Assembly: GCA_040285825.1 (NCBI GenBank)
Contig: JAUPSS010000002.1
Coordinates: forward strand, 1,612,001-1,676,000
DNA: 64,000 nucleotides
DNA from: Eukaryota sp. TZLM1-RC
Taxonomy: Eukaryota > Protista > Metamonada: BaSk clade
Direction: 5' to 3'
Shown here: in pieces, positions 21,816 to 34,371 of the stretch
Position numbering within the stretch: position 1 is the stretch's first letter
How the letters are laid out: every line of letters begins with the position of its first letter
Position numbers and translations under genes: made by a program
Notes under the pieces: model-generated
What the model was told of the DNA's origin: nothing
Database searches by the model: none
Seen by the model: only the letters and a program-made list of their open reading frames with translations

Positions 21816-24800
21816 ATCTCAATTTATTGAATTTGCACACTTAATTAAATTAACTCATAACTAATGGGACGACTATCATTGAACCAAGATTTCCTCTACA
21901 AAATCTTGATCTGCTTGCTGTCTAGCTAAAACTTCTCTTATTCGGTTGAAACACCGAAGCAATCTATTAATAATGGCAAATTGAATCCGTGAACGAACGC
22001 CATAAAAAAATATCAAATTTTTTCATTGTTTTTTCTTGAACCATTGATTGAAAATCATTCAAAAAAAATTTCTGCTTCAACTGATAATCTTCTATTTATC
22101 GAAAATGGGAAAGCAATAAAAACCAGCTGTGTATTTCTATCAGCATTAGCTTCTTCCATATCTTTATCATATTTTCTATGTTTTTCTTTTGCTTAAAAAT
22201 CAAGAGCACTTACAGGATTAAGTTTTCTTCTGTGAACCAAAGTATCATTAGCAACATTACATGAGACAAAGTCAACAATAACTTCAGAATTATCAATCCA
22301 ACCACTTTTTTTGTATTAATTTTAATTTTATTAAAAACCTATAAATCAACATCTAAATAATCCATCTCTCCCAAAACAAAAACTCTAGATGCAACTCTCT
22401 CATAGTGAGATCCAAGAGAAAGCAAAGCATCAGAAATCATCTTCAACATCCCCTTAAAAATAGAAAACACAATTCTATTTTGCCAAAACAATCTGTTGAA
22501 ATTTCTGCTAGTTCTTCTCTTTACAATCATTTCATCATCCAAAAAACGTAAAGCAGTTGTGCAAGTGAACCAAAAAGGGAAAATACAAATGGATACAAAT
22601 TGTGATTTGCATGCTGTAGACTGGCCAATTTGGACAAAGGTTCATTGTATTTTTTGAATTTGAAAGAGGATTATGAATTTCAGAATTAACAAGCCTTTCA
22701 TTTGAGGCATTACAAGGATCAACAGACATTACATCCAATAAAATGAAGCTTCCATCTAATCCAAGTAACATGACATCACCTCTATTATTCTTATGAAAAT
22801 CATCTTCTTCAGTATCAAACAGATTTGACAACAGAGGTTCCAAGAAGGATTTAATTCTATGAGACTTGCACATACAATATAACTGGTCTCTTACAGCATC
22901 ATGAACCTTGCTTCTAAAAGTAATAAAATGTTTACAATTTAACAAATGAGTAATTTTAATTTCTCGAGAACATTTACAAATTAAATTATGAGGTAAATTA
23001 TCAGGCCAGATAAAGGAACGAAATCTCATATTCAGAGTCCAAGTAGAATCGGTTAAGAGAGTACCATAAACTTGGGGAATTGTTGTTACTAAGGCAGAAG
23101 AAGTACTGTCACACATATCTTGTAAAAGATTTGCAAAAGCGGGATTCTTTTTCTTGGCAAAGCCAAGTCTAACATCAAAATCCAAGCTTTCAAAAATCTT
23201 TGACAATTTATGTTGAAGCTTTTTACAGCAAAACTGTAAATTAAAAAGAGATCGGTTTGGAATTTCTTGAATTGATTGAGGAAAACATTTGGTACAAATT
23301 TGTGGCGGCAATTTTTCAAGTTCACAAAATAACTCATACAAATAAGGACTGCAATTGGGAACTAACAGATGAGAATCATCAGGAAATCTACGAGAACATT
23401 CATAAATAAAATTTTTGCCACCACCCAAAAATGCTGATTGACACAAAATTGAAGATTTAGTAAATCCAATACCACCCAAAATTGCTGAAGAGAATAAGTG
23501 GCTTTTCAACATTCCTGGATCTACATCCAATAAATCAGCAAAAAATTCTGTTCTCAATGAATTAAAAGAACGACAAAAATCTAATGCTATGGAAGGAGCA
23601 CAAGATCTCAAAATATGGGTTATTCTCCCAGTGTAACAAATATTAAACATGAAAAATTTAATATGTTTTTCTATATCTAAAGAAGAAATTGAATCAATTC
23701 AATTTTCATTTTTTCCAAAATAACTTGCAATTCATTCTGAATTTGAGGCACGTTTCCTAACCAACAACCAAGGAACTTAAAAGCATCACTACTATAATGA
23801 GTAAAAGGGACAATAGAATCGTTTATCACGAGATCTTGAGCAGAAGAGCCAATCAGAAGGCATTTGCTCGCATTAAGATAAAGCCCAATATTTTCATATG
23901 AATCAGCAATTTCTTGAGCAACCAATTCTAGTAAATCAAATGAACCAATCAAGGATATATCATCCATATAAGCAACTATTTTTAAAGAAGGGTATTTTTG
24001 CTTAATGATATTTAAAGTTTTGAGAATAGCTAAACAAAACAATAATGGGCCTAAAAGATCTCCCTGCTTCACTCCAGAAGAAGATTTAAGACCAAATGAA
24101 TTATAAATTAAATCTGATTCTTTCCAATAAAAATGGTAGAAAAAACTCGATAGCTCAGGAAAATCAGATTTAATAACTTCAAAAATTGCTTCTCGCTTAA
24201 CAGAATTAAAAGCACTTTTAAAGTCAAGATTAAAATTAAAGTTATTTTCCTCTGCATTAAAAAAAGTATCAGAGGCAATAGCAGCAACAGAAGCACCATC
24301 AATTGTTTTGATTCCAAATTGATGAGGATTCAAAAAAGTAGAAGCTTTGTCTTTAACACGATCGAAGACAATTGATGCCAGCAAACGAGAAAGAGATTCA
24401 CCAACAGCAATTGGGCGTATTCCATCAGGTTTAATTCCATTACCAGGCTTTACTAAAGCAATCAGACGTGCAGCAAGTAATTCAAAAGGAGGATTAATTT
24501 TCAAAAAAATTAATTGTTGAAAATAATGGGCTACATCATCCGCAATTTCGGGAGCACTGGAACACGCTATTTTTAACAGATCAAAAGAAATTCCAGATGG
24601 GCCTGCTGCTTTCCCTTTTGGTAATTTTTGAATAGCTTTAAGAACTTCTATTGCAGTAATAGGATTTTCAATCCAAAAAGAACACACATCAGGCTTGCTG
24701 CACTTGAAATTTTCTTGAGGATGCAACTTTTGAAGTTTTTCAAGGGTATCAGAATTTGCATCAGCCAAAGAAGAGGAAAACAAGGACTGCTTTGCGGCAC

Positions 24801-27800
24801 CGTAACGACCACGTCAGCACATTTTTCGGCAAATTTTTGATTTTACAATTTTTCTATTTCCAAATTTTTTGTTAAAACAATTTTTGTTTTTCGAGCAAAA
24901 TATTTCCAGAAGGATTAAATATTCCACTTATTATTTTTCAATTCAGAAGTAAAGTTTCTCATTTCCATTGAGAAGGGAATTTAATTTATCCAATCACAGT
25001 ATACATATTATTCAATGACTGTGTTTCCTTCAGCAGAGGCTCTTTGACACACGAAATTCTTGCAGTTTGTGCCATATTGAAAACAGTGTCTCTAACAGCA
25101 TCATGTAATGAAGAACGATAAGTTATCAATTTTGAACAATTTAGAGCATGACGTAAAGTGAGCTGAAGGAATTCCAACAAATACATTTTTCTTTTGATAA
25201 TAATTGATTAATTGGATATTCAAATATAATCTCATTTTTGTTACAAATGCTTCATTAGTGGCACAGTTCAAATCTTCGTGGTACAATGGTTATAAAAAGT
25301 GAAGAATCTGATGACTTGCTTTCACAAAAACCCTTTTCCAATAACAATGAGTGAAGATCTTGATTTAAAACAGCCGAGCTGCATATATTATTATAAAGAT
25401 CATTTTCATACATGGCAGTCAATCGTTTCTGTAATGTTCGAAGAATGTATTTTAAATTTAGAAGATTGTTTTCTGGAATATTGCCATTGAATGATTGGCG
25501 AAAGCATCGACTCCATTTTTCTACATCAATTTTTGAAATTTCTTCATTTAATGCAAAAACAGTGGAACTTTGCGTTGTCATTAATAAATCTTCCCATTCA
25601 GCAAATCTTTGGGAAACCTCAAATTTTGCATTTCTGCATCCACCAATAAAAGCACCCGAAGTAAGAATAGAAGCGTTCGTCCAACCTAAACCGCCATAAT
25701 GTGGACTAAGATAAGCATGGTCTGGAATTTGGAACATTTTACATCCCAGTAATTGTGACAGAACTTTTGCTTCCGTAACTCATTAAACTTCTGAGCCAAA
25801 GGCCTAGTGACGAGAGGATTTGTAGATCGAAATATATGATCGAAATCAGAACTAAAACACAGTCTTATAATGGTAAATTTGATGTGTTTTTGTATATCTA
25901 AATTCATCATTCGATCAATTTTGTCGGAAATTGAGTACAACTTTTCAAACAATTTTTTGTTAATTTCATCATTATTTCCTAAAAACGAACCCAAATGGCG
26001 AATAGCATCAATTGAATATAATTTGACTTGAATTTCAATATCATCAACTATTGTGGAAACTGGAGAATTCGATAACAAAACACATTTAAGTAAATTAAGT
26101 CGGAGACCAATTTTGGTAAATAAATCTCTAAAACATACAGTTGCTTGTTTCACAATATTTAAATCACCAATAAGAACAACATCATCTATATATGCAATCA
26201 TTTTTAGCGAATGAAACATCTCTCGAATTTGCAATAAAATAGGATGAATGGCCAAACAAAACAAAAGAGGTCCTAACGGATCTCCTTGCTTCACACCACT
26301 TGATGAACTCAAAATGCAATTACCAAAATGTAAATTTGAATATGTGCTATATGTTGATTGAAAATACGGCATTAATTTTGGCATATATTGCAATAAAGCA
26401 CCATGAATACTCCGACGACTGAGTGAATTGAATGCATTACTAAAATCCAATGACATACAAACATTGGATTCTTTTTGGCGAAATAATACATCAGTAGCAA
26501 ATATCGTTGAAGAGACTCCATCAGTGGTATTAATTCCATATTGAAAGGGTAATAAAATCTTTTTGGCTTTCTCATTGAACCTGCTGAAGCAACACGTAGA
26601 AAAAATATTTTGTAAGCTCTCAGAGACTGCAATAGGACGAACATCCATTTTTGAATTTTTGACAAGTGCAGTCAAACGAGAGCTTCTTAATTCTTCTGGA
26701 TATCTAAGTTGACCAGTCAATATTTTGTTGAAATATTTGGTTAATAAACCAAGACAATCCTCTGAAGAACTAATTGCGGCTTTTACATGATCAATAGTAA
26801 TACCAGAAAGTCCGGCAGACTTACCGCGTGGTCTTTTTTTTATCACCGAAAACACTTCTGAAGCCATCAATGGATAATTTTCCCAGTAAGTTCCGTCAAA
26901 ATTTTGATCATTATAGGGTCTTCCAAAGGATGAACTATGCTTAGTTTATCCATAGTATTTTGATTGTTAGGCGCTTTAACTCTGGGGCTTAAAGCTGACA
27001 AAGCCTTGGACCATTTGTTGTCAAAGCATTTGTCTTCAAAAATTTTACTTAATTTCTCAGATGACTGTTTTCTCGGTGCTATATTAGTTATATCTTCGGA
27101 ATTATTTACGAAATTTTGTTCAAAAGGAGGACAAAAAGAACCGAAAAATTCCCAAAGAATATTGATAGCATATTTTCCTTTACAAAATTGATCCAAAAAT
27201 CTTTTAAAAACGAAAACAAATTCATTGCATTTTGACGGATGAATTTCTTGAGCTATTCTTATGGGAGGATGGTAATTATCAACTATGCGGCATTCCAAGC
27301 ATCGATCAGCCGTTTTTCCTTTTGCATTTTTCTAAAAGCAACACCACAATTGTTGCAAGCTTTGTGCTTGATTCGATTGTTAACTGATTTTGCAACAACT
27401 TGTGGAGAATCATTTATTGGTTCTACCTTAGACTCTTTTCTTCTAATAAATTTTCTTTTACATTTTGTTTCAGAATTTGTCACCTCATTTTTTCCAACAT
27501 TGGGGCATGTTCGAGCGTTATGTCCTTGTTGTCGACACTTTGAGCATCTGTAGGAGCGTGGCTTCGTTTTTGAACAAACTTTGTTTTCATCATGATTTTC
27601 TAAAAATTCTTGATCAGAATTTTTTTTGTCCAAAAATGAAGAGAGAAGAGGTTGAGGAGGAGGGGTGGAAAGGACGTCTTGAGCATCTTGTTGTCTATCG
27701 TTCTTTCTTGTGACTCCATTGGAATCAGAAACTGATTCAGGCATCAACAAGAAAGAATAGAAGCAATGATCACAGTTCAGCCAGGTTTTAAGATAAACGG

Positions 27801-27827
27801 ATTTATGTAGAGGAAGGAAGAAAAAAA
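21816..27827 (-). mobile_element. Full-length (frameshifted) family A RLE non-LTR retrotransposon, ~3.3 kb without the nested B element; CRE/SLACS-like architecture
   Basis: Perfect 10-bp TSD actaaaacta at 21806-21815 and 27828-27837. N-terminal CSKCRQQGHNARTC and CNNC..C..C; RT (DVRPIAVSE, LDFSNAFN, GVKQGDPLGPLLF, AYIDD); CCHC; RLE-like C-terminus; no APE domain. Confidence 0.9.
22306..24987 (-). mobile_element. 5'-truncated family B RLE retrotransposon nested in the RLE region of family A
   Basis: T7 tail at 22306; TSD atccaaccac (22296-22305) / atccaatcac (24988-24997); RT IRPIAVGE, GVKQGD, AYMDD; CKC..H..C; NRGDV...LDV. Confidence 0.9.
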
Positions 27828-27845
27828 ACTAAAACTATGAAAACA

Positions 27846-29852
27846 TTATGAAAATATCGTCTTGAAAAGTGTCAAATTGGATTCAAAATTTGAATTATGT
27901 TCAAATTTCAAATATTTTAATATTTCTTGACAATGTGGATATACAAAATTTTGCAGAAATAGTACCACACTACTGAAAAGAACTGAATTTTCCACAATTT
28001 TTGAGAAAAAGGAAGTTAATTGTTCCTGATTTAACTTTGCAACTAAACAAATGAAGAATACTTGAAAGAAAAAGGCCTGTTTCTCATTTAAATTCGAAAA
28101 CTCCAAGTTATTAAACAAAGATGATTTTACAACGCCTTCTTTAATTAATTCAACAATAAATAATACCAAATTTTTCAAATTCTTCTTTTTTACATCAGAT
28201 ATTGTTTTGATTCGGTCCCAAAAGGTTAATAACAAGCCAAATGCAAATTCTTTGTTGATCTCATTCAATTTTGTTGATAGTTTCACATAAAAAGGATTAA
28301 AGTTTGACTCTGACAAAACACAAACCAAAACTACCCTGGAAATGTCGTGAATGACGTTTTTCAACCGTTTTCCTGCATTTTGATTGGTTTTATCGGTATT
28401 TACAAGGGGGTAGACAGCCCAAAGTCGATCAATTGCATCCTGTATTCCATCTGAACCAACAATTGCTTCAAAAATAGACTTCTTAATAGTTCCTGTCAAT
28501 CTTTTTTGTTTTGCAATGCTAGAAATCTTATTCTCTTCAGAAACATCAGTAATAGTAGCTTCTGAGTTGAAAAGTAAATTAAAGTTAGTATTGGAGTGAA
28601 ACTCTTCAAATGAAAGAGAACAAAGAGTCTCCGAAAGTCCAGAATTTTGAGCTTTTATTTTGAGCTTTTCAAATGAATTTAGTTCGGAATCAATCAAATT
28701 TAACGATGGCATATCAGTTTTTCCGTTTTTTAGGTTATTGACAAGATCTAAAAGAACAGTTGCCTCAATCAAAGCATCAGAAACACGTGACATCACATCA
28801 TGAGTTGCCGTTACTATTTTTAGAAACAAGTGAGGAGATTCTGTCCTGATTAGTTTTCCAATCCTTCTAGTCAAAGTATGGCAAACTTCAAATAGTAAGC
28901 ACGTTTGAGGAAGTTTATCCATGGAAGCCTTTGATAATAAATATAGTGTAAAGTCCACAAAAAAGTCAAACGAAGTCAAGTTTAAAAACGCAAGACTACT
29001 CAAGACTTTCACGTGGATGTTCAAAACGGAAGCAAACACATCAAGATTTGATTGATTAAGATCATCAATAGAATCAATCAAAAAAAGAATCCTCTGAACT
29101 AATCTTCTTATCACAGAGGCCAAAACAAATCGCGACTTAAGCTTAATTGCTAGTTCCACAATAACTAAAAAAATCAAGCTACAAGTTCCAAATGAAGAAT
29201 TAGACTTGACCAGTGAATTGAGCAAAAAATTAGAAATATCAGCTGAAACAATCTCAATATCCACATCCTTTAACAACTCAGCCAAGTCAACGGCAATTGC
29301 TTCGTAGTTTGAAGACCCCACCTTGTTGAAAAGAGATATTAAGGCTTTGGAAGTGGTGCTAGGTAACTGGGATTTGACAGCTGTGATTAAGGACGAAGGT
29401 TCAATAATCTGATAGTAAACGTCATCATCTGAATTTTGACCTTCTGGCTCAGTAAGGTCTTCATTAGCAGATTCATCCTCCTGATCAGACTCTTCCTCAC
29501 TATCAAAACTGTCTTCTGATGAAAAATCTGGATACTGTTCGTCATCACCAATACAATCAGGGAGTTCATCATCTGAATCTAAGTCAGAAAGAGATTTGTC
29601 ACCCCTATACTCAGGTAAAATCTCTAGAAGATAAGATAAGCCATCCTGTTTAAACTCTTCATCAATGTTTCCAGATGTGGAAAATCCAGCTAGTTTCTGT
29701 AGTTGCATGATTTCTTCATCAGAATCATAATCTGGAATAGGTGCTGCTGCTTTGCTTGATTGAGATTTAGACTTACGACAAAGTGAAGTAGATGTTGAGG
29801 TAGCATTGGGTCGCTTGGACTCCTTAGTTGATTTGTTGGAACGTCGTTTCAT
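27846..29852 (-). CDS. NOM1: Nucleolar MIF4G/MA3 domain protein NOM1/Sgd1
   Basis: Basic then acidic N-terminus with DGLSYLLE; MIF4G start SLFNKVGSSN; MA3 region RLTGTIKKSIF..IVGS...DAIDRL and RVVLVCVLSESNFNPFY. Confidence 0.8.
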   Translation of the reverse strand: MKRRSNKSTKESKRPNATSTSTSLCRKSKSQSSKAAAPIPDYDSDEEIMQLQKLAGFSTSGNIDEEFKQDGLSYLLEILPEYRGDKSLSDLDSDDELPDCIGDDEQYPDFSSEDSFDSEEESDQEDESANEDLTEPEGQNSDDDVYYQIIEPSSLITAVKSQLPSTTSKALISLFNKVGSSNYEAIAVDLAELLKDVDIEIVSADISNFLLNSLVKSNSSFGTCSLIFLVIVELAIKLKSRFVLASVIRRLVQRILFLIDSIDDLNQSNLDVFASVLNIHVKVLSSLAFLNLTSFDFFVDFTLYLLSKASMDKLPQTCLLFEVCHTLTRRIGKLIRTESPHLFLKIVTATHDVMSRVSDALIEATVLLDLVNNLKNGKTDMPSLNLIDSELNSFEKLKIKAQNSGLSETLCSLSFEEFHSNTNFNLLFNSEATITDVSEENKISSIAKQKRLTGTIKKSIFEAIVGSDGIQDAIDRLWAVYPLVNTDKTNQNAGKRLKNVIHDISRVVLVCVLSESNFNPFYVKLSTKLNEINKEFAFGLLLTFWDRIKTISDVKKKNLKNLVLFIVELIKEGVVKSSLFNNLEFSNLNEKQAFFFQVFFICLVAKLNQEQLTSFFSKIVENSVLFSSVVLFLQNFVYPHCQEILKYLKFEHNSNFESNLTLFKTIFS

Positions 29853-30452
29853 GTAGGAAGTCGTTTGAGTTTGGGATCTGGAAAATCCAAACACAGTGCT
29901 GTGCAGTGAGATTCCGTAAATTTTTTTTCAAAGAAAAATCACCTGAGTTGTTAGTCATGCTGATTTTGTTGTTCAGTCATTCTGCTTCTACCTTTTTAAT
30001 AATCTTCTTTTGCAGTTTAGGAACAATTCTTAAACCGTTTGGTACATCTTTACTTTCTATTGATCAGAAGTCAACTGTTGAAGAAAATAATGATTTCCAG
30101 AAATCGTTGGAACTATTTTCCAAAAAAGTACGACTCAAGTATGACTGAATTGGTCAATTATATTAATCAGTCGTTTCAATGTAGAGATTTACCAACACAA
30201 AAACAACACAAAATTAAAACAGCAACATACTAAAACAAAATTGAAAATAATTCAATGAAAACGCAAAAAAATCAGCTATCACCCTGATGAGTCTTGAGTA
30301 GGGGTACGAATAATTGAACTGATAATTAATTGCTAGAGCCAAATTGGTACCAAACAGTTATTGCAATTAGTTCAATTAATTGCCAATTAATTGCAATTAT
30401 GTATGTATCACAGTATAACTCATCTTTATTAAAAATAAACGAAACTATGAAA

Positions 30453-32372
30453 TTTTTTTTTATTTTAATTTTATTCAAAACCTATAAATCAACATCTAAA
30501 AAATCCATCTCTCCCAAAACAAAAACACTAGATGCAACTCTCTCATAGTGAGATCCAAGAGACAGCAAAGCATCAGAAACCATCTTCAACATCCCCTTAA
30601 AAATAGAAAACACAATTCTATTTTGCCAAAACAATCTGTTGAAATTTCTGCCTGTTCTTCTCTTTACAATCAATTCAAAATCATCCAAAAAAACGTAAAG
30701 CAGTTGGTGCAAGTGAACCAAAAAGGGAAAATACAAATGGATACAAATTGTATTTTGCATGCTGTAGACTGGCCAATTTGGACAAAGGTTCATTGTATTT
30801 TTTGATTTTGAAATTTTCAGCATTTGAAAGAGGATTATGAATTTCAGAATTAACAAGCCTTTCATTTGAGGCATTAGAAGGATCAACAGACATTACATCC
30901 AATAAAATGAAGCTTCCATCTAATCCAGGTAATATAACATCACCTCTATTATTCTTATGAAAATCATCTTCAGCATCAAACAGATTTGACAACAGAGGTT
31001 TCAAGAAGGATTCAATTCTATGAGATTTACACATACAATATAACTGGTCTCTTACAGCATCATGAACCTTGCTTCTAAAAGTAATAAAATGTTTACAATT
31101 TAACAGATGAGTAATTGTAATGTCTCGAGAACATTTACAAATTAAATTAGGAGGTAAATTATCAGGCCAGATAAAGGAACGAAATCTCATGTTCAGAGTC
31201 CAAGCAGAATCGGTTAAGAGAGTACCATAAACTTGGGGAATTGTTGTTACTAAGGCAGAAGAAGTACTGTCACACATATCTTGTAAAAGATTTGCAAAAG
31301 CGGGATTCTTTTTCTTGGCCAAGCCAAGTCTAACAACATAATCCAAGCTTTCAAAAATCTTTGACAATTTTTGTTGAAGCTTTTTACAGCAAAACTGTAA
31401 ATTAAAAAGAGATCGGTTAGGAATTTCTTGAATTGATTGAGGAAAACATTTGGTCCAAATTTGTGACGGCAATTTTTCAAGTTCACAAGATAACTCATAC
31501 AAATAAGGACTGCAATTGGGAACTAACAGATGAGAATCATCAGGAAATCTACGAGAAAATTCATAAATAAAATTTTTGCCACCACCCAAGAATGCTGATT
31601 GACACAAAATTGAAGATTTAGTAAATCCAATACCACCCAAATTTGCTGAAGAAAATAAGTGACTTTTCAACATTCCTGGTTCTACATCCAATAAATCAGC
31701 AAAAAATTCTGTTCTCAATGAATTAAAAGAACGACAAAAATCTAATGCTATGGAAGGAGCACAAGATCTCAAAATGTGGGTTATTCTCCCAGTGTAGCAA
31801 ATTTTAAACATGAAAAATTTAATATGTTTTTCTATATCTAAAGAAGAAATTGAATCAAGTTCAATTTTCATTTTTTCCAAAATAACTTGCAATTCATTCT
31901 GAATTTGAGACACGTTTCCTAACCAACAACCAAGGAACTTAAAAGCATCACTACTATAATTAGTAAAAGGGACAATATAATCGTTTATCACAAGATCTTG
32001 AGCAGAAGAGCCAATCAGAAGGCATTTGCTCGCATTAAGATAAAACCCAATATTTTCATATGAATCGGCAATTTCTTGAGCAACCAATTCTAGTAAATCA
32101 AATGAACCAATCAAGGATATATCATCCATATAAGCAACTATTTTTATAGAAGGGTATTTTTGCTTAATGATATTCAAAGTTTTGTGAATAGCTAAACAAA
32201 ACAATAATGGGCCTAAAAGATCTCCCTGCTTCACTCCAGAAGAAGATTTAAGACCAAATGAATTATAAATTAAATCTGATTCTTTCCCATAAAAATGGTA
32301 GAAAAAACCCGATAGCTCAGGAAAATCAGATTTAATTACTTCAAAAATTGCTTCTCGCTTTACAGAATTAAA
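30453..32372 (-). mobile_element. 5'-truncated family B retrotransposon
   Basis: T9 tail at 30453-30461; 11-bp TSD aaactatgaaa at 30442-30452 and 32422-32432; 517-aa RT/CCHC/RLE ORF. Confidence 0.9.
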
Positions 32373-32421
32373 CTATATTAATATAATATAATATATAATA
32401 TATAATATATTAAACTATTTT
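32373..32421. repeat. AT-only simple-repeat filler at the 5' junction of the B insertion
   Basis: tatattaatataatataatatataatatataatatattaaactatttt, containing partial copies of the TSD (aaactat). Confidence 0.75.
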
Positions 32422-33185
32422 AAACTATGAAAAAGGATGATGAACAGTTGATCACTTTAGTTTTCTGATCAAACAACTCATTATCTACATTCCATTGACT
32501 TAAACATACGACACGAAATGCTGTCATATCCCATAACTCTCTGTTACATTTCAGAAACAACGAAATATTCAGATGATCATCAGACGATCTATGTCTACGT
32601 CATCAAAATTTTCCTGGTAGGTTGCAATTCTGTAGTCAAATATATAAGGAATGTGTTGTACTGATTCAAACTTACAAAACTTCGACACAAACCTTGTTAC
32701 ACCAAAGCCAGCTCTGCTGTTTAGACTATTGAGGTAGATGCGTGAACAGGTAAAGATGTAAAAAGTTCTGAAATGCAATTTCAAAAAGGCACGAACAGGA
32801 CTTTCGTGTAAGATGGGATAAAGAAGGGAACAACACAAAACCTGTAATTGACAGTAATGACGTCAAAGAACCACTGTTAAATGGAGTCCCTGAGTACATG
32901 TCTCGGAGTCACATATCTAGTATGGATGGTGAAACAGTTGTTGAAGTAACAAAAAATTACCGCCGAAGCGGATGAGGTGACAGGATGGTTGTTTGCGTTT
33001 TAGCATCAAACCAGCAGTATGTAGAACATCATTGCTAAGTTCATCACCTCCACATAGGATTGTGAAGTATTAATTTCACTGCTTGTTTTTGAATACCATC
33101 ACTAGTGAAGTGCTTTTACGCCGTTCTTTCTTGGTTATAATTGTCTACACGTTTACGCTTATTGAGGATTAGAAGTTTGTATCAA

Positions 33186-33199
33186 GTTGTCTAGATAAT
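33186..33199 (+). promoter_or_regulatory. ATG-proximal palindromic motif upstream of DCC1
   Basis: GTTGTC-TA-GATAAT ending 8 nt before the ATG at 33208. Confidence 0.45.
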
Positions 33200-33207
33200 C
33201 ATTAATC

Positions 33208-34281
33208 ATGGATTCATCCTACATCCTCTGTTTTGCAGACGATTTTCCATCAAATGGGTTATTTGTCCTCGAAACTGATAATGATTTTGTTAATCATCTT
33301 CAATCCAACAGTGCCCATGGCACCGTCTCATTTAAAGGAACTTCCGGCAATGCTGCTTATTGTGTAACACCAGACAGTACCTACAAGTTACTCATGAGTG
33401 AGTCATCCAATACTGAACTTCTGGTCACTCCGAGCACATCGAAACTTAACATACACTCATCAATGACCACTATGCAAGAGCTACAAGAGAGCATTCCAGT
33501 TTTTGACCTTGTACTTAATTACCTTAACAACAACCTATATAGAGGACCCGAGCTCTCTGAAATTGAATTTGAACACTACAAAGACTTTGCATACTTGGAG
33601 TCTGTAGCTATAAGTTCTTCTCAAGAATTAGCCAACTTCTTGCGTGAACAACAATGTATTTCTCTAAATGGAAAAGAGTTCACTAATGGTGTAGTGGTTA
33701 AGCCATGTATTACCTACATTGATTTCCTACTTGATGTTGTCATATCTGTCTGCAGTGAAAACCAAGATTTTAGCTCAAAAATCAATCTTGATGACGTGAT
33801 TTCTGACCTTCCATCACACGATCCTTCGGTTGTTCAACAAATACTGGGCTATTTCTCAGATAGTGGACACATTTGCCCCAAAGCTCTTGCCATTCACAAG
33901 GCAAAGGTAATTCTTCGTGACTATGAATCAACCTATATGCCACGGGAACTTTTTTGTTCGGAATGGAGCAATTCAATGAAAGTGATGAATTTTGTTCCTG
34001 ATTTCTCATTGTTGGCTGGGATAGCTGTCTCAGTTTGTGTAAGGGACGAAAAAGGCAACATTTTAGAGGAATTTTTAACCCGAATTGAAATTGATTCACT
34101 TTCTTTTAATCCTTTAGATCGATTCTTGTATCTATTTAAAATCAAAGATCAATGGGAAATCACCGAATTAGAACCTTATATCAAACCACTGGTCAGTAAG
34201 GAAGTTTCTATGGACTCTCTATTATCAAAATATTGCAGAAAAGTAATTGGGAAAAAAGAAATGGTTTATACAAAGAGATGA
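33208..34281 (+). CDS. DCC1: Sister chromatid cohesion protein Dcc1 (Ctf18-RFC subunit)
   Basis: FVLE...FKG....AYCVT..STY.L..SESSNT.L; C-terminal PLDRF..LF.IK.QW...EL.PYI..L...LLSKYCR. Confidence 0.85.
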   Translation: MDSSYILCFADDFPSNGLFVLETDNDFVNHLQSNSAHGTVSFKGTSGNAAYCVTPDSTYKLLMSESSNTELLVTPSTSKLNIHSSMTTMQELQESIPVFDLVLNYLNNNLYRGPELSEIEFEHYKDFAYLESVAISSSQELANFLREQQCISLNGKEFTNGVVVKPCITYIDFLLDVVISVCSENQDFSSKINLDDVISDLPSHDPSVVQQILGYFSDSGHICPKALAIHKAKVILRDYESTYMPRELFCSEWSNSMKVMNFVPDFSLLAGIAVSVCVRDEKGNILEEFLTRIEIDSLSFNPLDRFLYLFKIKDQWEITELEPYIKPLVSKEVSMDSLLSKYCRKVIGKKEMVYTKR

Positions 34282-34371
34282 ATAATTGAAATTAAATAAT
34301 ATTTTTATTGTACATAATTGTTGCACTAATCAAGACTAAATTAAAACTAAATTAAAATAAATTTTTAAAAA

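Noticed and set aside
25686-26870. RT as retron, group II intron, DGR or telomerase
   Set aside because: Eukaryotic context, poly(A)/TSD features and C-terminal CCHC+RLE identify non-LTR retrotransposons.
21816-27827. Frameshifts in retroelement ORFs as programmed frameshifting or an alternative genetic code
   Set aside because: Breaks differ between copies and host genes translate cleanly with the standard code; decay or homopolymer errors explain them.
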